A DNA stretch of 63,202 nucleotides, counting the filler, from Choristocarpus tenellus KU-1152 (lineage: Eukaryota; Protista; Phaeophyceae), in assembly GCA_964200185.2 (NCBI GenBank). It is 13 parts of 13 records of this genome, joined end to end, with 100 filler letters (N's around TTAATTAATTAA, not from the genome) between each part and the next. Parts side by side here need not be neighbours in the genome. Positions count along the whole stretch, not along the records: positions 51,166 to 56,981 come from CAXNAD020009683.1; positions 57,082 to 59,752 come from CAXNAD020025774.1; positions 59,853 to 63,202 come from CAXNAD020020628.1; 10 more parts are not named here. One strand, given 5' to 3'. Shown piece after piece: positions 53,187-63,202 of the stretch. Numbering within the stretch: position 1 is the stretch's first letter; every line of letters begins with the position of its first letter. Made by a program: the position numbers and the translations under genes. The notes under the pieces were generated by a model that ran no database searches, was not told the origin of the DNA, and saw only the letters and a list, made by a program, of their open reading frames with translations.

Positions 53187-56100
53187 TTGATGATCTATCT
53201 CATTGAGGAATTATCCAATCGAAGCGACCAATGCGCCTTTGTTTTAGTCAACCAAAATGCTACAACAGCTGTATTGTACAAGGACGAGACTCACAATGGT
53301 TTGTGTAGGATAACAGATCCGCGTCCCATGTTTGCTGACATGTCACACCCTTTCGCTGGCTCAGTCGAAACCCCAATCGTTAGGCAGAAACTAGGACTAC
53401 CTCACCAGAAAAGGACGTCCATGCACGATGAGGTATCAAGCCAAAACTCACTGCCACACCAAGAGGCTGTCAACAATAAACTGGCAACCCTTGCACCGAT
53501 GCTTCAACCTGTCTTAACCCAGAACTCCTCACCTGCTGCCCGTGCTGCCGTAAACAAACAACCTGCTTCGGTTCCTGCGAAATACGGACCTCGTTCATTC
53601 CAAAAGGCAATGCATCAAAAGCCGTTTGATCAGTCACATTCGTTCCCCAGGCTGTGCTTCTATCCCCACTTACTTTAGTCACAGACAGGGCGATTGATAG
53701 AAGTCGACACCATTCGGGCAAAGACCTACTTCCATCGCTCAATCCACTGAGGAATGTCTAGGGAAGGGTCAAAATAGACGGAAGCTAGCTCAGGCTACGG
53801 CAGACTGCTCTTTCGTCACATAGTGCCCACTAAAGGTGGTGAAGATTATTTGTATTTCCCCGTCCCTTTCAAGTGGCATTTCCTGTTTTTCGGATTTTTT
53901 CTTTTTGATAGTGAATTTCATTTTGCACATACTGATTTTCGTAGTGGATTATCTTATCGGTGTTTGACAAAACACCATACTGAATTTCATGTTTCGCACT
54001 CTACTATCAGGGTTTTTTCCACACTCAAGTTACAATTCATTGATACTTCATTTCAATGATTTGTTATTTATTCAGAGTGTTCCGGGGGTGTGGTTCTGTG
54101 TGGTGGGGGGTGATGAGAACCACCAGAGATGAGGTTCGGAAAGGAAGTGAGGGATGAGATTGAGGCATGATGGGCGTATGTTGACAGCATCAGAGTGCCA
54201 TGTGGATCAATCTCGAGTGTGATTGGTTGTGACCAGTCAGAACAGAAAACACAATCTCGGACTTTGCTGGTTTGAATCCACACATTTCTCTTCAACCATA
54301 CATAGTCTGATTGAGTCAAACGTGCCTTCAGATGCACCAGACCGAACCCACAGGTGTCTTGTTACACTATGAAACACACCTGTCTCTAAACGTGCTAACC
54401 ACAGCACAACCAAACACACTTTCACATCAATTATAGCCTGCTTGAGTAAAACATGCTGCCAGACGTACCAGTACACATTTCACATCAACCATTGTCTGAT
54501 TGAGTAAAACATGACTTCAGATGCACCAGGCCGAACCCACAGGTGTCTTGTTGCACTATGACACACATCTATCTGTATCTAAACGTGCTAAGCACAGCAC
54601 AACCAAACACACACTTTTACATCGTTGTCTACATGAGCATAACATGCCAGTAGACCTACCAGAACAAATTCACCAGTGCTTTGCTGCACTATGGTACCCT
54701 TCGTTACAAACTAGATACACCACAACAATGTGCAACTCACACCACATCAGGTTTCAAAATTGTTCCCGATCAGAGGGGGCGACCATACAACCCCAAGAGA
54801 TCATGCTTAATGGAAGCAATTCCTACCTATCTATTCGTAGACAAGAACAAGTATGGGTTAACCAACTAATAACTATTGTATTCTGACTCTACATGTATAC
54901 TACTACTGATATTCGTTACAGTTGGAGGAGTCTCTATTCGAACACCCACTCTCCATCGTTTCCATACATTAAACGCAATGCAAACAACATCAAGCCCACA
55001 CAGCATACATGCCCAACTCTCGTACCTCTTTTCCAGGAAGAAAGGAGTTGGGTGACCAACAAACAGTAGTACTCTTCCATCCTGAAAGAAATTCAAGATT
55101 GACCAAATCCTTTAACTATTTTGCTCCTTGCTTGTCGACCAGTATGGACAGGACGAGGGGGAAGGAGACAGGTACACATGGAACGATCTAGCTACCTGGT
55201 TCTTGGACGAGGGCACCCTTAGCAAATGCGCTAGAGAAGATCCCCTATCTCAGGAGAAATGTGAATCCACACCTGACGTTCAGGTCAAGACCTTCGAATC
55301 GATCAAGAAAGATCTTAGCATGGAGCACACTCACCAGGTCTACAACTCGATCCTCGCTGTTGAGAAGCTTGGCGCATGTAAGGCTCGTCGCCGGAAGCTA
55401 GCAGTTGAACTACATGGTAAAAGCACACACACTGAATTATTAATTATCCGCAAGGTATTGTCCACTTGATGCTATTGTCCCACTATACCATTTGTAATGT
55501 CCCACTAACTTACCATAACATACCGCTGTGTACGTTACTACCTTGTATTGTACTAAACTGAAGATCAACGTACATACAAGCTATGTCGTTTACTTGGATC
55601 AGCACAGATAACGTAAGGATAACACTAGGTTATTCGACACTCGCGGGCATTGCTCCTGATGTGAAACTACTTGAGGACGGGGTTACGTCCATGTACCAAC
55701 TATTTGACACAGCCAAGAAATATAACATCAAGATCCGAGAGATGCTCAGATATTTGGCGATGAAACGCACAGGATTCGTTTGTGTTGGAGCATCTCTGTG
55801 CTATGCATGTACATGGCATTGGAGACTCATTTCCCACTTCTTGCGCCCACGGCCTGCAGTCCTCTACATCACCCAACACTAGGCAAGTGAGGGTGTCTAC
55901 CTCAACCTAAAATATGTCTTATACCCAAGATTCGACCCTCAAATCCTGTCTCTTCCATTCTCGACAAGAAAACACAACAACAAAGAACCTTGCTCGTCCA
56001 CTATTTAATATTCTAACATACACTCCCTTCGTTATGTGCCCCTCCTTGTTAAGAGAAAGAAGAACAGGGCGAGGATATTCAACGTGGCCAGAGACAGCTC

Positions 56101-56767
56101 CTCCTGATGCTTCGATGTACAGCATCCTGAAACACACGCCCTTGGCATCACCGTATGGGATAGCAACAGTACCGCCATGCCCCACGATCTGATTAAGTCC
56201 CACGATTCTGATAAAGTATCGCCCAAGTCATCCAAAAGAATAAAGGTGATAAACCCAGGGAGATTGCTTGATGTCTGTAGAGTGATTGATTAAAGCTAAG
56301 AGGGGCATGCAGTACCCCATAAAATCATAAATATTTCCTTTTATATGAGAAATGTTCTCATATAGCTAATCACTAATAAAAGGTTCTGATGACTTTATCA
56401 CTAATGATTGTTCCCTTATTCCATATACAGTTTACCACAATTGTTCGATAGAGTTGGAAGAGTCTAATCGAAAAGATTCCACCGAAGCCATGCACTACTT
56501 GGATCCGCACACCAATATGAAAGTGTGCCATCTAGATGCACGATGTCAACAACACGCTCAGAGGTGTTGGATACACCCCACCAATAGCCGAACGCATTAT
56601 ACCTCCGCTCTTCAACCTACATCTAGCCGGCTACATAGTATGCACTCATCTCTATGACAAGAAGGAATAAACACGACATATGCTGTTGCCCACATATTTT
56701 CAGGGTACGGATTGGGATGGATGAGGATGTCTACATGAACTTCAGAGAGAGGTTTGAGATCAAGACA
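53187..56767 (+). pseudogene. Decayed multi-exon coding relic of unknown family (possibly TE-derived)
   Basis: Protein-like segments (e.g. 55128-55453 YTWNDLATWFLDEG...ELLIIRK|gt; ~55600-55770; ~56040-56215) separated by intron-like DNA, with stops and frameshifts; truncated by MITE A. Confidence 0.35.
54290..54670. repeat. ~190-bp tandem duplication
   Basis: GTCTGATTGAGT...CTTCAGATGCACCAG.CCGAACCCACAGGTGTCTTGTT...CACAGCACAACCAAACACAC occurs twice. Confidence 0.9.
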
Positions 56768-56956
56768 GAGTGACAGTATTTTAGAGGGTACGAGTTTTGC
56801 CCTGTTTGTCCATTTGGGGTTTGGCTTCCCTTTTTGTTTTTTTATGAAATTTCCCTACTCCAAAAAATTCGGAGAAGGTAAAATGTATACGTTATGAAAA
56901 GGTGTGTCCGGAACAAGGATATTGGCACTTCCTAACGGACACAATAGCCAAAATTA
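56768..56956 (-). mobile_element. MITE family A copy interrupted by a family B end at 56957
   Basis: Reverse complement of the family A body; switches abruptly to GGGTCGAAGTATATGGGGG at 56957. Confidence 0.85.
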
Positions 56957-57081
56957 GGGTCGAAGTATATGGGGGAGGTGTNNNNNNNNNNNNNNNNNNN
57001 NNNNNNNNNNNNNNNNNNNNNNNNNTTAATTAATTAANNNNNNNNNNNNNNNNNNNNNNNNNNNNNNNNNNNNNNNNNNNN

Positions 57082-57337
57082 CCAAAGTATCTTAGGGGGT
57101 AGGGCCGCGTCCATTTGGAGGCCAAAATCCAATGTTGCGATTTTGATGTAATTTTGGCTATCGTGTTTGTTAGGAAGTGTCAATATGCTTGTTCTGGACA
57201 CACCTGTTCGTAACGTATATACTTTACCTACTCCCAAAATTTTCGGTGTAGGTAAAATGTAAAAAAAACAACATATGAAGTCAAGCACCAAATGGACAAA
57301 CAGGGCAAAACTCTTACCCTCTAAGATACTTTCACTC
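57082..57337 (+). mobile_element. MITE family A (~255 bp), near-complete copy
   Basis: TIRs ccAAAGTATCTTAGgGGGTA ... TACCCTCTAAGATACTTTcactc; non-coding; 7 copies in the window. Confidence 0.9.
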
Positions 57338-58780
57338 AAATTTCGGATGTGCCTACCTCAATTTTCAATATTTCTGATTGAAACAACTTTCCCACCCTAC
57401 CCACTTTCCTCCTCACCTCACTAACCTTACCTTCACCACACTCTCCAGAACCAGCCTGCCATGTTTTTCCTTTTCCATGCCCTGTACCCTGACCTTCAAT
57501 CCTCTCTGCTCTGACATCCTCACTCCGCACCACTTCCACTTCACTCCTCCCTCTCCCTCCTATACCCTCCAGCGCTTGACACCTCCTTGTTGCGGGTGGG
57601 TAACTTGAAACATCTAGACTACCTCTCTGTCCGGCCCTCCCCTGCATGCTATCTCTGCAGCCACTACTGTCAGAGGCATACGAGTTCAACCGGCCTCCAG
57701 TTGAGTGCTCCTCCTCCCGGTTTGTGATACTATGTGTTGCCGCACTTGGGGGAGAAGAGTTCGATCGTAACATCCTGTTCCCATTGGGCCTGTTACTCAA
57801 GGTGGTTTGGGATGGCGAGGCTGGCGACCACATCCCATTGTTGCTTGTGAATCTGCTACCAGTTGTGCTGGAAGCAGGATCCCTGGAAGATGGCAGGAAG
57901 GACGTGCTGTGACAGAGGCCACTTGAGCGGTCGTCAAACTTACGGGTCACACAGGTAGAGGCAATGCTGCTCATGTCAGATACAGGAGTACAGTTGGCTG
58001 CATGGCCAGCGAGGATGTCGAGTCCATTGCCATGGGGATATTGGGGGTGTGTATGGGGGCGGGAGACACCGTGTCGAGAGAGGGAGGTGGAGGTGGAAAT
58101 GGGAGTGGAAGGAGAAATGGAACCCGAGGTGGAGAGCTTAGAACAGCTAGGGATATTCCCCCGACAGCTATATCGGTCAACGCCACAGTTGGGAGCTCTG
58201 AAGGGGGGATGATCTACCTGTCAGTGTGCATAAGGGTTCGAGACACAAGGACGCAGTTACAGGGGCAGGATCATTAACAGCATCTACAACTCTTAGACCT
58301 AAACACATTCAAAGGTAGAAAGGGTCCACACAACTTGGAAGAAAGAGGTGAGAAATACACCCATCTCTTAAGTATTTCTAAATCATATTGGGTGAGGCAA
58401 ATAGGATCCAAGACACAAGAACATGGAAGTGCTTTTATTTTAACTCCTGAAAATATGGCTTCAGTTACTCTCTGATACGTAACAGTGATATTACGGTAAA
58501 CACAGAGTGAAAGAGGAGAACATGACAGCCCAATGTTGAGAGCCAGCTTTTGCAATGGGGGGGGGTCGCCTCACCCTTTCTCGGTGCCCCGCCCAGTGAG
58601 GTGGGGCAATGGTAATTGAACCAGTGGTTGAAGGGGAGCCTGAGATGGAGGTATTCGCAGCAGCATGCTCCAAGTAGTTAATTCTTTCCTTCAATACGTG
58701 AATGAGATGATCTCGTTCTTGGAGGCTCTCCTTCAAGTGACACACCTCTGAATTCAAGTCCTTACCAGGTCCACGCTGTG
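57336..58780 (-). CDS. Hypothetical protein fragment: coiled coil + Ser/Pro-rich disordered region (exons ~58780-58575, 58217-57336)
   Basis: SEVCHLKESLQERDHLIHVLKERINYLE heptads; phase-0 GT-AG join HRER|VDHPP into a 294-codon open frame with a GLDILAGHAA motif. The 5' boundary is uncertain; could be a pseudogene. Confidence 0.45.
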
Positions 58781-59522
58781 AAAAAAAGATGCGACAGGGG
58801 AAGGAGGTCACCACTACATTGTGTCTAAATTTGTCCTGAGAAAAGTTTTGGGGTGTGTAGGACTCTTCTCAATCAAGTTGAGGTGGGAACAACAGGTGAT
58901 CCACATAGTGAAGTTTTCTTGACACAAGTTGTGTCAACTGGGCATGGAGTGGGGGGCGAACAGGCAGGTTGCTATGTCCCAAAAAGGTGTGTTCTTCTCA
59001 CGAGACTTGAAAGTCAGTATGACCTTTCTTCCGGAAGGTAATCCGTCCTCTTGTCCTATCCCTGAACGACCATTGTGGTTGCCGGGTGGAAACATAGGAG
59101 AAGGTGATGATCTCCCAAAATTCCCACCAAAAACAGATTGTGGATAAACGCTCAAGATGCGCATTGTCGAGGGAATGAACAGTCTTGCACGAGCTCTCTT
59201 GTGCTCTTAGCAAACATCTCCTTGAATAAAGAGTTAAACCAACTGAGAGGTAGGCAGGGTTGCATTTTAAGGATCCTGATAGAGGGAAAAAAGATGCCAT
59301 ATTGTACAATTGCAGAATCAGCCTTTGTTGAATTGTTGTGTCACTTTGTGTGTGGAAAGGGGACATATCAATTTTACGTACACTACTGTGCACATGAAGA
59401 AGCAATGAAATAGAGTACATTGCAAACGCAGGGAAGGTGGCTTAGAATGCAAAGGGTCCAAACCCGTCAACCTCTCAATTGGTTTGGCTCACAGAACCCT
59501 GCTTCCCAGGGTATCAAGTACA

Positions 59523-59695
59523 GGCTCAAAATATCTGGGGGAGGGTGGCGGCTGTCCATTCGGGGCCCATTTTTCCATGTCGCGATTTTTGGGTGATTTG
59601 GTTGCATGTGTTGGATGGATAATGTAAGTTCACTTCTCCTGGTCAGGGCCCAAATGGACTCTGACCCCCCCCCCTTCCCCCAGATACTTTGAGTC
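59523..59695 (+). mobile_element. MITE family B (~173 bp), complete
   Basis: TIRs GGCTCAAAATATCTGGGGGA...TCCCCCAGATACTTTGAGTC, flanked by ACA/ACA. Shares internal GTCCATT...ATGTyGCGATTTT and CCAAATGGAC with family A. Related termini at 10506-10526, 10627-10665, 34765-34850, 34951-34973, 56957-56981. Confidence 0.85.
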
Positions 59696-60621
59696 ACATA
59701 ATTTGCAAGAAAGATTCAGAGTCCACAACCACTGCACCCTATTTACATAGGCNNNNNNNNNNNNNNNNNNNNNNNNNNNNNNNNNNNNNNNNNNNNTTAA
59801 TTAATTAANNNNNNNNNNNNNNNNNNNNNNNNNNNNNNNNNNNNNNNNNNNNGGGGGGCGGGAGGGCTTGAGCCTTGTATATCTCAGGTGTCGCTCAGAG
59901 GTATATGGTGTTTCTGAACACATGAGAGGAGAACATATGGGAAACACATGTAGTTGGTCACGTTTGAGACTTCCCTGGTTAACATCTTTTCTTTTCTTTT
60001 CTTTTCTCATGCAGGGTTAGGGTTAGGATTAGGATTACATTTTAGTGGTTTTGGTAATGTCTCGAAGGCGATTGCTTGAGTTTGATCAATGCCTCGTTGA
60101 CCTCCTCTTGCGAGCTCCTCTCAGTGTAATACTATAGGGTATAGAATATACTAGTAACAGTAGTAATCGTAATCGTACTTACAATCATTATCATAATCAT
60201 ACTGTGAGGAATAAGTTTGGTCATGGCCAAAGCAGGCAGCCAGGGAGGTTGTGTAGAAATGTTTTGATTTATGGATCATGAAGCTACACCTCGATTGTCT
60301 TAGCTTGGTCGACATTGGATCCACATACTCCCCTTCCCATGATCATCGCCCATGCCAGGGATTGGTTACAGTTCAATGAAACATATTAACCACAATATTG
60401 CAGGAAATATTTATGGGTAAATTAATTATTTGAAACAACTGACCGAAGTAAGAAATCTTTCTCGTCATAAGAATTGGATGCATTCGCCCCCCCCCCCCCC
60501 CAAGGAACAACCCCTCAGGCGTCATTGAATCTGAGATTCATTGATGAATGAATTACCTGGGGGGGGGGGGGGGGGGGTTCCCCTATTATTTTTGATATCT
60601 TTTAATGTTGCAATGCCTTAG

Positions 60622-60734
60622 GAGTGGGGCATGATTGAGGAAGGTGATCGGCTGTGCTTAGGTCTCTCCGGTGGAAAGGACTCTATGAGCCTGCTGCATG
60701 TCCTTCTCACATTGAAGAAGCGGGCACCAATCAA
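60622..60734 (+). CDS. ttcA: Exon of TtcA-type tRNA thiolase (PP-loop ATPase)
   Basis: [38 protein letters not shown]: SGGKDS PP-loop in the MIEEGD...AP context of TtcA; AG/GT bounded. Confidence 0.85.
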
Positions 60735-60940
60735 GTATGATATTAATGTTCTTATAGTTGGATTTATTTTTATTTTATTTTGGTGGGGGGTGGGGTGGGG
60801 GAGAGAGGACTTGAATAGAGGCGTTATTGCGCATGATGGTCGGGGTATCTAATAGATTAATTAATTTCCACTATTGTATCCTTTTTTAGTTTGTTGTTAT
60901 TGTATGTGGGTATATAGAGTGGTGATACCAGAATCGACAT

Positions 60941-61005
60941 GGTTAGGGTTAGGGTTAGGGTTAGCTGTGAATGGGTTTTTTTTCTGTTAGGGTTAGGGTT
61001 AGGGT
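60941..61005 (+). repeat. Interstitial (TTAGGG)n telomere-like tracts in an intron (representative)
   Basis: GGTTAGGGTTAGGGTTAGGGTTAG; similar short tracts at ~5395, 6481, 7799, 7938, 24051, 39302, 46595, 46758, 47280, 47355, 49211, 50006, 50785, 60014. Confidence 0.9.
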
Positions 61006-61402
61006 TGTGTCTTGACCTGACTTTATTTGGGACAACAGATGATATCTTCCAATGAAATAAAATGCCTGTGAGTTTGTTGGGATGGCATAGTAGTGTAGGT
61101 TCTGAGTAGATAGTAAAATATATACATAAATAATTATGTATTTGTTTACATACAGCTTCTTTTTTTTAGAAACTGTTGGTAAGAAATTAAATAAAATTGT
61201 AAATGGCCCTGAATTTTTTTTTGTTCCATGTAAGTTTCTGAATAGGCATTGATGTGTGTATATTATAATGGTGTAAATATATATTTTTTTTTTAATGTAG
61301 TGTATCTATTTATTTATCTTATCCCATCGAAGCATGCACGGAGAAATCTTTATTATTATTCATATTATTTTCTTAAATGACACGTAAACGAGAATAGATT
61401 TG

Positions 61403-61620
61403 AAAAAAAACTCTTCCTTTTCTTTTTTAAAGAAAAAAAAACTTCGTAGAAAGATTGTTTTCGCAGTATTTTTTTTAACCCTAGTAAATTTCTGATAATT
61501 TTTTTAATATATATATATATAAAAACTCATCCTTTTCTTCTTTTTTTAAAGAAAGAAAACTTCGTAGAAAGATTGTTGTCACAGGATTTTTTTTTTAACC
61601 CTAGTAAATTTCTGATATAT
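61403..61620. repeat. ~118-bp AT-rich tandem duplication
   Basis: AAACTTCGTAGAAAGATTGTT...TTTAACCCTAGTAAATTTCTGATA twice. Confidence 0.85.
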
Positions 61621-63202
61621 ATATATTTTTTTTACAGTCCTCAAGAGCGTAGGCGGTGGTTGGTGCGTGTAGCAGCAACAAACAAAAAAAATGTATATTG
61701 TGTGAAACATCTTTGGGGTTGGTAGAAGGTGGTGCTTAAGGTGGGGTTAAGGTCGAAGGGTGTGTTAACAAAAAAAAACTACTTTGGTCCTACTTGCTAC
61801 AAATGGGGGGGGGGGGGGGGGGGTGGGGATTTTGATGGGGGTGCTGATTTTGCCCATTTTTTCATTTTGTTTTGTTTTTTCAAAGCAGAAGCAGGGAAGT
61901 TTGTCGAGTTCCTGTTCTTGTCGAAGGGTGTTGGAAGATATTCAAATTAAGTGTTATTATTATTAAATACAAGTTTTATATTATTCCGATTTTCTGTATC
62001 AATAGACTGAAGATTGCGAAGTATCTTTGGGGGGTACGATGATCGTCTTGTGTGTGTGTGTGTGTGTGTGACATCAGTGATTCTTAGTCAGGAGAGAGTG
62101 GATGTTTTCTTTTTTTTTGTGAAGACAAAAAATTTAAAAAAAATGGTCGGTGTATATTTATGTTCAAATTTTTTTGAGAGTAGAACACGGTTTCAAAAAT
62201 GGAACCGGTACACCTTTTTTTATGGTCTGGGTATTGGAAGGCGTGCAATTTCACCCAACGCGGTAGTCCACATCTGTATTTTAATATTATTATTATTATT
62301 GCATTGGTTTGATACAAGAAAAGGTGATAATTTTAGAATGAATTTTGTGTAGAAGGAAAATATATACGTATATATATGTATATGCAAAAAAAATTCAGAG
62401 TCTGTTGTACCTGATGCTGTCTGTTGGTCCAAGACATTTTTTACCATTGATTGCTGTGGGCCATTTGTTGTCTACAAGAATGTCCATTGTTCAGACAACG
62501 ATGCCTTGTTGTGTGGAAAAATAATCATTGCAAATACATTTAGTTGGGTTACGCCAGCATGGTATTGTCCATGGTGAACATCTGTGTGTGTGTGTGTGTT
62601 GTGAGTGTGCCTTTGTTTATATCCCCCTGCAGACTCCGTTGCACTCATCGAGTTAGCCATGCATGTACCTTATTTTCTGGAGGCATGGCCCCCACTTGTT
62701 CACGACCAACTCACTCCCCACCTCCCCCCACCCCCACTGTCTCTGATCCCATCCGCCCCCAAATTATACTGCACCATTGGGACTCAGCTTCGAGGTGGCC
62801 TGTGCAACAGTGGACCCACAAACGCCTTCCTTTGATCCTTCTCCCCTCATTCCGTACCTACGTAAACTTGGGGTCAAGGTATGCACTACCTCTTGTGTCG
62901 TTGCCTTGTTTATGTATCTATGGATGCACATAGATACATAAACAAGTTTGTGTGTGTGTGTGTGTGTGTTTAGATTTACCGAGCCTCGAAATTCAAACAA
63001 AGATTTGGCTTGTGAAGATGAGTTTCGGTTGAGTGGATGGATGTATTGGGAAGTGGCTTGTCATGTTGTTGTGGTGGAAAAGATAAGGGTCTCTTGGACT
63101 GTTTTGATGTGATTTTATTCTTTCTGGACTGAGTCTATCGCTTACATGTTGTGAACATGAATTCGAGTGCAGTAGGGTGTTACATGTGGAGGAGGAGGGG
63201 GG

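Overview
Eukaryotic draft-genome sequence: 13 short, apparently unordered contigs (1-5145, 5246-10526, 10627-13852, 13953-19862, 19963-22704, 22805-34850, 34951-38236, 38337-40959, 41060-45489, 45590-51065, 51166-56981, 57082-59752, 59853-63202) joined by artificial 100-bp spacers (N44-TTAATTAATTAA-N44), so adjacency between contigs means nothing. Genes are split by long GT-AG introns, so most entries in the ORF track are spurious. Recognisable host gene fragments: a 2OG-Fe(II) oxygenase with a possible bipartite plastid-targeting N-terminus, a GBF1/GNOM-type ARF-GEF exon, a UBA1-like E1 enzyme, a WDR44-like WD40 protein, an all-helical (myosin-tail-like) protein and a bacterial-type TtcA. These, plus the long introns containing TTAGGG, suggest a photosynthetic stramenopile such as a brown alga or relative (inference). 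The best candidate for a new system is a >=5.7-kb intron-containing gene present as two independently decayed copies (contig 1, minus; contig 4, plus). Spliced by hand, it reads as HTH-like region + PHD-like Zn finger + beta-class N6/N4 DNA-methyltransferase-like fold with degenerate catalytic and SAM motifs + SET-like fold with degenerate motifs + acidic tail. The window also holds several non-autonomous DNA transposon families; two insertions have their empty sites visible in the window, one of which reveals a 4-bp TSD. All domain calls are by-eye motif matches, not database searches.
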